Part shown: positions 19,816 to 30,456 of the stretch, one piece after another
Position numbering within the stretch: the first letter of the stretch is position 1
Layout: every line of letters starts with the position of its first letter
Source: a virus
Reading direction: 5' to 3' (one strand)
Virus record (IMG/VR): IMGVR_UViG_3300046096_000928
Location: 1-64,000 of that record
Length of the DNA stretch: 64,000 nucleotides
Translations under genes and position numbers: made by a program
The notes under the pieces: model-generated
The model's input: the letters and a program-made list of their open reading frames with translations, nothing else
Told to the model about the DNA's origin: nothing
Databases searched by the model: none

Positions 19816-22800
19816 TTAAGTTAATTTTCCTACTATTGTCCATAAATTACTACCAAGATGTATTACTTGAGCTGTATCATATTTTGCTACTAAAGTACTT
19901 CCTCCAGAGTCTAATGTACCGATCGCCACAAAAGTAATTATATTAGTACCAGCGTTTTGAACAGTACAAGTAAACCCAGTAGTTAAACCATTGGGTAATG
20001 TAATTGTGATTGCATTACTTGCCCGGATAAAAGAATTATAATCTGATTCAGCTAACGTTGTATTAGTTGTGATTACTCTTATCCCTATGGTAGTAATTGG
20101 TTTGTTACTTAAATCATTATAGCTTATCTGTAAATTGCCCGAACCTAAAAGACTATTATTATTAATGCTTTTTAGATTGGTCTGATTAACCAAAGTTGCT
20201 TGTTTGGCATTAAGAGCATTTTGTAAATCCGTCTGATTACTTAACGTACCAGTCAACAAACCCCAAGCGATTCCAGAACTGGTCAAAGAAACACTTGCAG
20301 TATTACCTCCTAAGTTAGTGATTGTAGCGTTACTAAAAATGATTGTAGCAATATTAGGATAATTACTAACACCATCATTTAAAGTAATATCACTAGATGG
20401 TAAATTATAAAATCCTTTAGTTCCAAGTGCATTACTACCATAATATTGATTAGTGCTAACTGTACCACTTATGTTAGCTGCCAAATCTACGATCCCATCA
20501 TTATTAGTATCATAAATCGACTTATTCATATCACCAATACCGCTACCAATAGGGAAGCCATAAAACCCTTTAACACCACTAGCATTAGTACCGTAATATT
20601 GATTAATACTTGGTGAACCAGCGATATTAGTAGCAATATCGGCAGAGTTTACAACACCATCATTGTTACTGTCATAAGTTGATACCTCCATATCACCCGT
20701 AGCGATAGGCAAATCGTAAAATCCTTTAATATTACTTGCATTAGTACCATAGTAATAATTAGCTAAAGTTGATCCATTTATTGATTCAGCACTATCTACA
20801 ATCCCGTTATTGGTAGTGTCATAAACCGAAGTAAGCATATCTCCGATCCCATTACCAATAGGGAAGTTATAAAAGCCTTTAATATTACTTGCATTAGTTC
20901 CGTAATATTGAGTGGACGAAGGTGAACCAACAATATTGGTAGCAAGATCAGCTAATTCAGCAATATCAACTTTGCCGTTATTGGTAGTATCATAAGTCGA
21001 TTTAAGCATATCGCCACCTAATGGCAAAGCATAAAATCCTTTACTATTACTTGCATTAGTACCATAGTAATAATTAGCTAAAGTTGATCCATTTATTGAT
21101 TCAGCACTATCTACAATCCCATTATTGGTAGTATCATAAACAGATTTAACCATATCCCCACCGGATGGAGGTAAATCGTAAAACCCTTTAATGTTACTTG
21201 CATTAGTACCATAATATTGATTTATAGATGTACTTCCGCTTACTGCTGTAGAAAAATCTACAATTCCATTATTGTTAGTATCGTAAGTTGATTTGAGCAT
21301 ATCGCCCGTACCAATACCAGTAGGGAAAGTATAAAAACCTTTAAATCCGTTACTATCTGTACCATAATATTTATTGGCTGGAATAATACCTGCTAAATCT
21401 TGGGCTAAATTTACAACACCATCGTTATTAGTATCATAAATCGATTTAAGCATGTCTCCCGTCACCGAGATATTAATAGTAGCAATACCGCTACCACTAT
21501 TGGTTATACTTGCACCGTTAAAATTTAGTTGACTTACATCATTTATAGTTGTAATACCATCAGTGACTGAATCTAATTGACCACCAGTCGAATCAATGGT
21601 TAAAGTATTGAGAAAATCATTATAGGTCAAATTAACATTATTACCAGCAATCAATAAAGAAGCTACTCTATCATCAACACCCTCATTAAAATTAGGGATT
21701 GTAGTAGGATCAATTATTAAATTCCCCGCACCTAACAACGTAGTATTGTTAATACTTTTGATATTAGTTTGATTGACTAGCAAAGGTTGTAACGCATCTA
21801 AAGCTGTTTGTAACCCACTAATTGTTACGATCGCCTGTGTACCTGTGTGATTAGTCCTATCTAAATAAAATTCAGGTAATTCACCACCTAATGTGTCCGC
21901 ATCAATATTACCAGTAATGCCTGTTATCGGTGTAGGGTTTGTAATAGTAGCTTCTCCCGCATAACCACGACCTACTATAGAACTTACCCTATACACCTTG
22001 ACATCAAAAGGCAACGTTATACCGTCTGTTATTTGATCAACATTAAAATAAGTAATATTTTGTGCATTGGTAGAAAAAGTACGCACCACGCTATTACTTG
22101 TATTTAAAATATCAATTTCATAAGTAATTATTTCAGTACCATTTTGAAAAGGAGAGTTATTTATATAAGGATAATCCCATGTAATTGTTATATTGTCAGC
22201 ATCATCTATCTGGCTTTCGATATTAGTAGGGGCTAAAGGAATATAATTATTGCCTACTGTGTTGACTGTATTAGTAGGGGTTGCATTCAAATCTTGCCAA
22301 GGGGCTATAACTGGTTGGTAAGTAATTGATTGACCTACATTGAGAGTATTGGCATAAAAAGAATAATAAGCCCCATCACCTTTTAATAAAAAGAATTTAT
22401 CGCCAACGTTGTTATTGCTATTAAAATTTTGCGTATTGAAAATACTTCTTTGCAGGTAATTTATAGTATATCTATCATTCCCTAAAGGTAAAACATCTCT
22501 AAATTGTATTAATTCACCTTCCCATACACCATTATTTTGACGAGCTATTAATGCCAAATTAGAACCCGTATTAAATTGACTTGCACTAATTGACGATAAA
22601 CTGCCACTAAATAATTGTACATTCAAAGTATTAACAGTATCTAAACCAGTTGCTGATGGTAATGCGGTTTCACATTCACCAATCGTAGAAGTAGCTGTGT
22701 GATTGACGGAGGCGATATAACTATTACCTCCGTCAAAACTGATATTTACAGTAGTCGGTGCGTCCGCACAGATATAAAGAGTATTCGGTGGATTATTAGG

Positions 22801-24171
22801 ATTGATAACAGGAATATCAAGAAAATAAACATCAGGAATGCCATTGTCTAAAGGATCAATTAAAGAGGGGAATGAATTACTGTTAGGTGGGTTTGTTGAG
22901 GTGTAAAGGAATGCCCCAAATCCGATATAGCGTCTTGCTGATACTTCAATCGTATAGTCTGGATTTAAAGTTATTTTTTCTATCTGTACAATTTCCCCGT
23001 TTGGTAATTCTACTATTCCTAAAAGTTCTAAATAAGGATAGTACGGAGCTGGCAACTTAAATGTATAACTGAAACGCTGTCTAGTAGTTACTAATTTTAA
23101 TATTTTTCTAGCTTGTTGCCTTGCTTCATAAGGATTTGTAGAAATTTGAGTTTCTATTCTAAAATCATTTTCTTGAGTATATTCTTCAAAATGTTCTACA
23201 ATCTCATCAACATCATATTTTTGATTGTTATTATAAAATTTTAGACTAGCTTTATTTGGTAATTGGCTTTTGGCTGTTCTAGTTACTTCAAATATTCTAT
23301 TTTCATTTACAGCCAAGTAATGATTAGTAGGAAAAATATTTGGCGTAAGAATACCCCGATCAAAAGATTTGAACATTATTACTCCTTCCCCAGATTCCAC
23401 TGCGGTAAAAAGGTAAAACTGCATCAAATCTTCTAATACTTTCCTTGATGATTCTCCATTCTGACTGACTAGCAACCCCTCATTTAAAACATATTTACCA
23501 GCTATATCAGTTACATCTATACGATCAGAAGGCACTCCTGCACTTTCACATATATCACGAACTACTAAAGAAACATCGGGATTAGCCCCAAACTTTTCGC
23601 CTAATAAAACAGCTCCTATTTGTGTAGGTATTTGATTACCATATACTTCTAAAGGAACATCTTTAAAACCTATATAACAAACGCCTTTGTACGCAATTTC
23701 TGCCTCGTCCCCCGTTTCAATGGTTTGCATCGCTGACCATGGCTGAGTTTGCGTACCATCAAAAAAAGTACAATATTCTTGAAAAAAAGAATGATCCGTT
23801 GTAAATTCTTGCCCATTCACAATTACCCTTTCTAGGCTTACATCACCCTCACAAAATAAAACAGCCCATGTCCCATAAACTTTCTCAGTTTCATTTTGTT
23901 GCCCCCCTTTTCCACCTCCTCCGCCACCTTTACCACCTTGAGATGTAGTTTCAGTCTCAATGCGATACATTTTCTCAATCGTATCAGGCCAAAATTTGTT
24001 GCCTTCTAATCTGATCTTGCCATATATTTTGGGTATGGGTGAATCGTACTCTGATTTTGGAACTCTTAAACTTGTTTCTTGTTTTTGTTTTTTTTGTGGT
24101 GTTGTAAATAAAGGAGATATTGCACTGACGGCTAAAGATATTCCTAAACCAATTATTGGATCAAATCCCAT
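19816..24171 (-). CDS. Tail tip/host-specificity protein (RcGTA g15-like) with fibre repeats
   Basis: SEYDSPIPKIYGKIRL, AYKGVCYIGF, GELIQFRD...YLQR; C-terminal 7 x ~50-aa repeats. Confidence 0.85.
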   Translation of the reverse strand: MGFDPIIGLGISLAVSAISPLFTTPQKKQKQETSLRVPKSEYDSPIPKIYGKIRLEGNKFWPDTIEKMYRIETETTSQGGKGGGGGGKGGQQNETEKVYGTWAVLFCEGDVSLERVIVNGQEFTTDHSFFQEYCTFFDGTQTQPWSAMQTIETGDEAEIAYKGVCYIGFKDVPLEVYGNQIPTQIGAVLLGEKFGANPDVSLVVRDICESAGVPSDRIDVTDIAGKYVLNEGLLVSQNGESSRKVLEDLMQFYLFTAVESGEGVIMFKSFDRGILTPNIFPTNHYLAVNENRIFEVTRTAKSQLPNKASLKFYNNNQKYDVDEIVEHFEEYTQENDFRIETQISTNPYEARQQARKILKLVTTRQRFSYTFKLPAPYYPYLELLGIVELPNGEIVQIEKITLNPDYTIEVSARRYIGFGAFLYTSTNPPNSNSFPSLIDPLDNGIPDVYFLDIPVINPNNPPNTLYICADAPTTVNISFDGGNSYIASVNHTATSTIGECETALPSATGLDTVNTLNVQLFSGSLSSISASQFNTGSNLALIARQNNGVWEGELIQFRDVLPLGNDRYTINYLQRSIFNTQNFNSNNNVGDKFFLLKGDGAYYSFYANTLNVGQSITYQPVIAPWQDLNATPTNTVNTVGNNYIPLAPTNIESQIDDADNITITWDYPYINNSPFQNGTEIITYEIDILNTSNSVVRTFSTNAQNITYFNVDQITDGITLPFDVKVYRVSSIVGRGYAGEATITNPTPITGITGNIDADTLGGELPEFYLDRTNHTGTQAIVTISGLQTALDALQPLLVNQTNIKSINNTTLLGAGNLIIDPTTIPNFNEGVDDRVASLLIAGNNVNLTYNDFLNTLTIDSTGGQLDSVTDGITTINDVSQLNFNGASITNSGSGIATINISVTGDMLKSIYDTNNDGVVNLAQDLAGIIPANKYYGTDSNGFKGFYTFPTGIGTGDMLKSTYDTNNNGIVDFSTAVSGSTSINQYYGTNASNIKGFYDLPPSGGDMVKSVYDTTNNGIVDSAESINGSTLANYYYGTNASNSKGFYALPLGGDMLKSTYDTTNNGKVDIAELADLATNIVGSPSSTQYYGTNASNIKGFYNFPIGNGIGDMLTSVYDTTNNGIVDSAESINGSTLANYYYGTNASNIKGFYDLPIATGDMEVSTYDSNNDGVVNSADIATNIAGSPSINQYYGTNASGVKGFYGFPIGSGIGDMNKSIYDTNNDGIVDLAANISGTVSTNQYYGSNALGTKGFYNLPSSDITLNDGVSNYPNIATIIFSNATITNLGGNTASVSLTSSGIAWGLLTGTLSNQTDLQNALNAKQATLVNQTNLKSINNNSLLGSGNLQISYNDLSNKPITTIGIRVITTNTTLAESDYNSFIRASNAITITLPNGLTTGFTCTVQNAGTNIITFVAIGTLDSGGSTLVAKYDTAQVIHLGSNLWTIVGKLT

Positions 24172-24596
24172 TATCTAAACCTCCAGATACTGTGGAGTTT
24201 ACGCAACCAAACACCATCAAGATTATGTTCGATAACTTTGCCAACTCTGTTTTCGGAATGAATAATAGTATAAGGGGCTGTAATGATACCTACATGGGTC
24301 GAATAACCACTTACTTTAAATATAGCTATATCCGTACTATCCATAAGATTCAAATCACCCTGATCTTTGCTGTAAAGTATCTGGAAATTATCAGCTATAT
24401 AATCAACAATTTCATTATTGCGTGAGATACGATTATAATTTTTAGGGATAAGTGGTAAATCACAACCGTATTCTATAGCTACCGCCATTAAGAAATTTAC
24501 ACAGTCAACACCAACTCCTTTTATTTGTTGATCATGTTGCCATTTAGTGCCTAACCAACTTCTCGCTATTTTTATAAACTTTTCTTTATCTATCAT
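24171..24596 (-). CDS. NlpC/P60 tail peptidase (RcGTA g14-like)
   Basis: ARSWLGT, GVDC, HVGI, IIHS. Confidence 0.88.
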   Translation of the reverse strand: MIDKEKFIKIARSWLGTKWQHDQQIKGVGVDCVNFLMAVAIEYGCDLPLIPKNYNRISRNNEIVDYIADNFQILYSKDQGDLNLMDSTDIAIFKVSGYSTHVGIITAPYTIIHSENRVGKVIEHNLDGVWLRKLHSIWRFR

Positions 24597-24637
24597 AGAT
24601 CACCATAACACCTTATGTAATCCATTATATTACATAG

Positions 24638-26497
24638 CTAAAAGCCAGTAGTAGGATTACTAGCAACAATGTCGATACCAGGTAATTTAGGAAAAGCTCC
24701 ATAGTTAGGTAAGTTATCATAATCACGACAAGCAGCAAGGGATTTATCACAGTGACGAGTTAAAATGACATCACAACCAATATCGGGAGAGTAAGGTAAA
24801 TTTTCACTTATGGTAATATTTAAACCTTGAGCCTCTTCTATATAAAAAGCTCGTTGGCTAAAATTCCCGTTGGCGAATTTTAATTCTCCATATTTATACC
24901 CTGACCAATTATCCAAACCGAAGCCGACTTGTAAAACATGAGTATTTATAACACCTGTCAAGACTGCTGAAACTCTCACATTACTATCAATTACCCGATT
25001 ACAAGCATGACCTGATGTACCCTGACTTAAGAATTGATGACGGCACAATGAGGTAGTTTTTTTAGAAACGGAATTATTTAATTTTTCAGTTGAGCCTATT
25101 GTTTGAAATTGGTAAGTACGACTGCCAGTAGGTAAATAGCCCAAAACATAATCTCCGAAATAGCCATTAAATGATTGGCTAACAATAGTGTCACTTAGCC
25201 AATCATAAAGATAAATATCCACAATTGCATCATCATATAAACCTCGTCTTATATCAGTTTCATCTACATAAAAATCATTAGTAATACTTTTTGTCTCAAT
25301 ATTATCTACGTTTAACTCTGCTGTTTTCGTGGTAGAGGTTGATTCAAAAGCTATCGTGGGTGTACAATTTACCCCATTTATTGTTAATTGACGATCATGG
25401 TTTGTAAATCCTAACTTGAAATTATCACTCCTCGTAATGATCCAACATCTACAAAAAGTAGATTTTAAAAACTGGTTTTCTTCTATGAATTTTAAATTAT
25501 TTATTTTTGACATCTGTACTTCCCCGTCTTCTGCATAAACTAAAGTTTGGAAAGACGGGACTTCTGAAAATCTAAATATAGAATCGATACTAGCTTCTAT
25601 ATCTTGTATTTGAAAATTTGACCAAGTACCTATTCCTAATCGCAATAAAATTAAAAGATATTCTTTGATTTCTTTGTGAACAGTTAATTCGGGAAACTCA
25701 AATTTCCTACGAGCTGAATTTAAACTTTGTCTTGATTCAAAACCAGATTCAGATTGGAAAATATCCGTTTTTGTCATCAAAGGTATTTGTGTTTGTAATT
25801 CTAAAGGAATTGATAAGTAATGGTTATATGTTTGCGTCAAGTTATTAGTTGCTTTTAATGATTCTGTTTTTACTTCCAGTATTCTTAAATCTGGTATAGA
25901 ATACACTTGTTGTTGAATTTCTTTATCATATGTTTGTATGCCAATAGGTAGTATATCATTTTCAAAACGGCATAATAGACTGAAAGTTCCTGTCCAAGTT
26001 AAGTTGGCATTAGCACCATTGGTTATTTTGCCATCAGAGCCAAAAGTCAATGTATTTGTAACATCTGTATTCCCATTAAATACTTGGATACTGGAAAGGT
26101 CAGGATAATTAATAGGTCTGATAATACTGAACGTCCCTATATTATATTTTTTGCCAAATTGATATTCGCCTTCGTACTCATAAACAATTCCTTGACTATA
26201 AACTAATGCACCTAACACACCAAACCCCGTATAGAAAGGTTGAGCTGTTGCTATGTAGTCAATAGGGTCATAAAAATTGAATTGTCCCTCACTACCTTTT
26301 ATTGTTGTAAAAAAATTTCTAACGTATTCATAGATAACCTGAGGTAATACTGAATTTGTAAAAGAAAAAACGCCTAATGGATATATCCATTGAGCGTTCA
26401 TATAATCAATTCCACCTACAGTTTCTTGTAGTGTTGTTTTCTGATATTCATAAGTCACTGTCAAACCCATGTCAGGCTCTAATTCTAATATCGGCAT
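24638..26497 (-). CDS. Fusion of DUF2460-like distal tail domain and DUF2163/BR0599 hub
   Basis: GQFNFYDPID...CRFEND, then CRCWIITRSD...GFTNHDR and CDKSLAACR...NYGAFP. Confidence 0.8.
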   Translation of the reverse strand: MPILELEPDMGLTVTYEYQKTTLQETVGGIDYMNAQWIYPLGVFSFTNSVLPQVIYEYVRNFFTTIKGSEGQFNFYDPIDYIATAQPFYTGFGVLGALVYSQGIVYEYEGEYQFGKKYNIGTFSIIRPINYPDLSSIQVFNGNTDVTNTLTFGSDGKITNGANANLTWTGTFSLLCRFENDILPIGIQTYDKEIQQQVYSIPDLRILEVKTESLKATNNLTQTYNHYLSIPLELQTQIPLMTKTDIFQSESGFESRQSLNSARRKFEFPELTVHKEIKEYLLILLRLGIGTWSNFQIQDIEASIDSIFRFSEVPSFQTLVYAEDGEVQMSKINNLKFIEENQFLKSTFCRCWIITRSDNFKLGFTNHDRQLTINGVNCTPTIAFESTSTTKTAELNVDNIETKSITNDFYVDETDIRRGLYDDAIVDIYLYDWLSDTIVSQSFNGYFGDYVLGYLPTGSRTYQFQTIGSTEKLNNSVSKKTTSLCRHQFLSQGTSGHACNRVIDSNVRVSAVLTGVINTHVLQVGFGLDNWSGYKYGELKFANGNFSQRAFYIEEAQGLNITISENLPYSPDIGCDVILTRHCDKSLAACRDYDNLPNYGAFPKLPGIDIVASNPTTGF

Positions 26498-26521
26498 TTA
26501 TCTATGTAGTATCTTTAACTA

Positions 26522-27448
26522 CTATGATAACACGGGAGTATTTTTTTCTGTATAAACGATCTCACCATCAAAAGATTTCTTTAATCTAGTAACTAAATCT
26601 AAAATATCGCTACCTACCGTAAAAGGTTCAGCAACGTTATCAAATAATTCTTTAGCTTCTTTAATCAACTTTTTATTGATTATTTGTTGCCTTAATTCCA
26701 GTCTTACTTTTAAGAGATATTGAGTTTTTTTGATTGCTTTATCCTTATCTGATAAGTTGCCTAATTGTGTATCTATTTTCCGATCAATTGTTTCTTCTGT
26801 TATGGTTTCCCCAAATAATAATTTATAAGCGGAGGTTACATCAAAAATATTATTTGTCATCAATATTTTTTTATCTTTAATTAATTGCAAAGTTTTTTCC
26901 GCTTTATAAAATACATTCACCTTGCCATTAACAAATAATTTATGAATGTTATCTAAAGGTATCTTTTTTGTATCTATGACATGACAATATTTTTCTGAGG
27001 CAATTATTAGATAGTTTTCATACTCACCAATGGCGATCGCCTGTTCATCATTAAATAATCGAAAAGTGTTGTCTAATTGATAATCTTCTTTTATCTCCAG
27101 ATAATCTACAACGGCACAAATTTTGTCTAACTTTAGTTTTAGATTACTTTCTAATTGTTCAATTGCTTTTTCCACAAGAAAAGAATAAGAGATTTTTGCA
27201 TAATTAGCCATAAATTCTTTTACTTCTTCATCGCTACCAATATTTAGTAAAGTTTCTAAATACCATTTATGGGCTTTTACCCCTTCTTTAAATTCTTCTG
27301 TGCTGTAATTCTCTATATCTGACCAATACTCAATGGTTTCCGACTCAACTGTTTTTTTAGATTTAATCGCTAAAGTGAATGGTTTTGTACCAAATGTCTT
27401 CTTTTCTGTTTTTAGTATCATCTTTATTTTTTGTGTATGTTTTTTCAT
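26522..27448 (-). CDS. Protein with a degenerate PolA-type 3'-5' exonuclease-like C-terminal domain
   Basis: LIIAS...HVID, FYKAEK, IFDVTSAYKLL resemble the exonuclease fold; catalytic acidic residues not evident. Confidence 0.4.
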   Translation of the reverse strand: MKKHTQKIKMILKTEKKTFGTKPFTLAIKSKKTVESETIEYWSDIENYSTEEFKEGVKAHKWYLETLLNIGSDEEVKEFMANYAKISYSFLVEKAIEQLESNLKLKLDKICAVVDYLEIKEDYQLDNTFRLFNDEQAIAIGEYENYLIIASEKYCHVIDTKKIPLDNIHKLFVNGKVNVFYKAEKTLQLIKDKKILMTNNIFDVTSAYKLLFGETITEETIDRKIDTQLGNLSDKDKAIKKTQYLLKVRLELRQQIINKKLIKEAKELFDNVAEPFTVGSDILDLVTRLKKSFDGEIVYTEKNTPVLS

Positions 27449-27553
27449 ATTTTACAGCAAAAAAGTACTTTTTTGTTTATCAGAAAAAAATTTTTAGAGT
27501 GATTCAAGATAAAATATAAATTATCAAAAAGAAAAGAAAGAAGAAATAATCAA

Positions 27554-27904
27554 ATGAATGAGATAATTTTAGTAAAACAAATGAAACAGATTACTAGAAG
27601 GATTTATCTTCAAGTAATTAATAGAAAAGGGGAATATAAAATTACAGAGCAAAATTATCTAAATATTTTTGCTCTGTGTGATGATTTTTTCAAGATTATT
27701 TTCAGCCAAATAGATACTTATAAAATAGATAAATCTTTGTTTCTTGATTTTATGAACTTTCAAATGCAACTTAATTATTGTTTTGAAATGATGATCGAGA
27801 ATGAAATGACAACAAAAGAAATACATGATTTAATGGATAAAGAAAAAGAATATCTTAATTTTATTTTTCAGTCTATAACTAACCTTGACATTTCAGATTT
27901 GTAA
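27554..27904 (+). CDS. Hypothetical protein
   Basis: 116-aa ORF followed by a long hairpin. Confidence 0.5.
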   Translation: MNEIILVKQMKQITRRIYLQVINRKGEYKITEQNYLNIFALCDDFFKIIFSQIDTYKIDKSLFLDFMNFQMQLNYCFEMMIENEMTTKEIHDLMDKEKEYLNFIFQSITNLDISDL

Positions 27905-28164
27905 AAATCCGCTGAACTATCCACTTTCAAAAATATCTTTTATTAAAAAAACTTTGGCACAACTATTTAAAGTTGTGCCAAAGTTTTTTTAATAATTCTT
28001 TTCTTTTTTTGTTAATGATATTAACAAAAATTTTTGCTAAAGAGGAAACCTTAGTCTATATCTACCTCATTTGTTTTACCGCTATATTTTTCTTTATCAT
28101 AACTTTGAAATAATCAAAATTTCAACTATGTTACACTAAATATAGTTGATAGTTAATAAAAAAA

Positions 28165-28920
28165 ATGACAATAATAACTATGGGGAAAGATAGGACTTAC
28201 TCTTTCCAAACCGATGACGATAATCAAGCGGCTTTATTTGCCAACTTAAAAAAAGACTACGAAAATTTAGAAACGCAAGTAAAGCAATTAAATTTACAAA
28301 AAGACGAGAATTTTACTTGTAAATTAGGTGAGGAAGAAGTTGAATATCCTATGGACGGCAAAGGATTTGCTAAATTCAAAAAGGATATGGACAAATTCTA
28401 TAAAGATAAGGCAAAGTGCGATGCGGAAAAGGCAAAATGCGATGCTGAACTTGCAATGGAAGATGCTAAAAAAAATTGGGCTGAACAATTTAAAACTAAG
28501 CAAGATTCAATAGATTCAGAAATTGAAGTATTAAAAGCTGAACTCTCTAATCGTGACAGTATTAATACCCAATCGATCATTGCAGAAAAGGCTAAAGAAT
28601 TATCGTTATTAGTAAATAAGGCTACCACTATTCTAAATGTAGATAGTGATAGCCTTTTTACTAAATCAGCAGTTGAGATAAAAAAAGATGTGATTTCAAA
28701 AATTTATCCAACTCTCAATCTTGATGACAAAACCGAAGTGGCGATCGATGCAATGTTTGAAACTTGTGAATTATATAAAAATGATAGTAAGAGAATCATT
28801 GAAGAGCAAAAACAACTTATTAATAATGCCGTCACGGTAAACAATCTTGATACTCAAGATACTACCACTGAAATGACTGCGAGAATGAAATCAATCACTA
28901 CCGCTTGGGAGAATAAATAA
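28165..28920 (+). CDS. Capsid scaffolding protein
   Basis: Acidic coiled coil; LDDKTEVAIDAMFE resembles the C-terminal half of DUF2213 proteins; precedes cement and capsid genes. Confidence 0.65.
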   Translation: MTIITMGKDRTYSFQTDDDNQAALFANLKKDYENLETQVKQLNLQKDENFTCKLGEEEVEYPMDGKGFAKFKKDMDKFYKDKAKCDAEKAKCDAELAMEDAKKNWAEQFKTKQDSIDSEIEVLKAELSNRDSINTQSIIAEKAKELSLLVNKATTILNVDSDSLFTKSAVEIKKDVISKIYPTLNLDDKTEVAIDAMFETCELYKNDSKRIIEEQKQLINNAVTVNNLDTQDTTTEMTARMKSITTAWENK

Positions 28921-29420
28921 TGACAAGTTTATTGAGCAATTATGATTATATGTCACAGCGTCCTAGACTGACTGGACAAATCAATAGCCTTAAATTATCT
29001 AGTAGAGATTCAGCCGTCAATGTTACTCAAGCTATCCCTTTCGGGTGCGTAGTGAAATTTGATACTACAAACTCATTCAGTGAACCTAGCACGGGGAAAG
29101 TTGTTCTTATTCCTAATGCTACCACTGACAAAATTGCTGGAATTTCTATTCTTGAGTATATCTATGAAGGGAGTGAATATCCTCTTAATTCAGCGTTTCC
29201 TTTTGCTACTCTGTGTGACGTTTTAGTATTTAGTGAAACTGCTAATACTATTGGCGACCCTGTTTTCCTCCGTGTTGTCTCTGGTGCAGGTGGCACAAAA
29301 GTCGGGTATGGCTTCCGCAATGTGGCTGTATCTGGGGAAACAATTGCTTTACCTAACTGTTATTGGACTGAAACCAATACAGGTACTAACGAAATATCTG
29401 AAATTCATTTTGAACGATAG
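28920..29420 (+). CDS. Capsid cement/decoration protein
   Basis: AIPFGCVV...GDPVFLRV; lies between scaffold and major capsid genes. Confidence 0.7.
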   Translation: MTSLLSNYDYMSQRPRLTGQINSLKLSSRDSAVNVTQAIPFGCVVKFDTTNSFSEPSTGKVVLIPNATTDKIAGISILEYIYEGSEYPLNSAFPFATLCDVLVFSETANTIGDPVFLRVVSGAGGTKVGYGFRNVAVSGETIALPNCYWTETNTGTNEISEIHFER

Positions 29421-29433
29421 GAGTAAAAGAAAA

Positions 29434-30456
29434 ATGACAACTGCACAATACACAAACGGATTAGTAAAACATTATCTTGAGAATAGACAGTCTATTCATG
29501 GAAGTCTTAACTTAGATGATAATGCAATCGCCTTTTTTCAACGACAGTTAGAAAAAGATTTAGGAAAAGTCTTTGAATCCTTAAAGCCTACTTTGACAGT
29601 TGAACAGGATATAGTCACCCAAGCTGGTTTACCTTACGGGACTAAATCGGTATTTTATACTGAAGTAGATACAAGAGGAATGGCTAGTATTATCGCTGGT
29701 GGTAGTGATGATATTAAACAAGTTAGTATGCTCGGTCAAGAAGTCTCTTATAAAAGAGCCAGATTGGCGATCGGTTATTCTTACTCTCAAGAAGAGTTAG
29801 ACACCATGTTTGAAGATACTCTTTATAGAAAACCTTTAAATGTCAATGAATACAAATTGAAAGGTTGTATTTATGCCTTAGATGATTTATCTGAAAAGTT
29901 AGGCTATTATGGGGATTCAAGTCATGGTATCGTAGGATTATTGACTGATCCAGCTTTAACTCCCGTTATTGACACCTTCAAACCTTATTTGACTACTCAG
30001 ACTGCGGAGGCTTTATATAATTGGTTTGTAAGAAGTTATTACTATATCGTTCAACAAACTAGACAAAGATTCGCCCCTAATACTTGTTTAATTCCCTTAA
30101 AATTGATGATTCGGTTACAATCGGTGCGTTCTCTTTCAGCTAACAATGAAACTGCTTGGGATATGGTCACTAATTTAATGTCACAAATGGGAGTTACTCT
30201 TATGAATAGAGAATCTCTAAGACAATCTGAATTAGAATCAAATGGAGTTACTAATGTAGGTGACAACCAAGAGATTATGGTGTTCTATCATAAGTCTCCC
30301 GATACTATTTTCAGAATGATCAATGACATCAGAACCCAACCATTCGAGCGTAGAAATCTTAATTTTAGTACGATCATGTATTACGATGTTACAAGCACTA
30401 TCATTCCCTATAAAGAAGTAGTAAGTATTATTAAATATCCTATTGCAACAACCTAA
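29434..30456 (+). CDS. Major capsid protein (DUF2184/encapsulin-like HK97 fold); start ATG 29434
   Basis: AFFQRQLE, IGYSYSQEEL, YYGDSSHGIVGLL; SD AGGAG upstream. Confidence 0.85.
   Translation: MTTAQYTNGLVKHYLENRQSIHGSLNLDDNAIAFFQRQLEKDLGKVFESLKPTLTVEQDIVTQAGLPYGTKSVFYTEVDTRGMASIIAGGSDDIKQVSMLGQEVSYKRARLAIGYSYSQEELDTMFEDTLYRKPLNVNEYKLKGCIYALDDLSEKLGYYGDSSHGIVGLLTDPALTPVIDTFKPYLTTQTAEALYNWFVRSYYYIVQQTRQRFAPNTCLIPLKLMIRLQSVRSLSANNETAWDMVTNLMSQMGVTLMNRESLRQSELESNGVTNVGDNQEIMVFYHKSPDTIFRMINDIRTQPFERRNLNFSTIMYYDVTSTIIPYKEVVSIIKYPIATT

Noticed and set aside
18588-24171. Diversity-generating retroelement acting on tail genes
   Set aside because: No reverse transcriptase in the window and no repeat pair differing only at adenines was seen.
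29233-29433. N-terminal extension (signal peptide) on the capsid ORF
   Set aside because: It overlaps the cement gene; ATG 29434 has a clear SD.
29434-30456. Encapsulin nanocompartment
   Set aside because: Scaffold, cement, portal and tail genes indicate a phage capsid.
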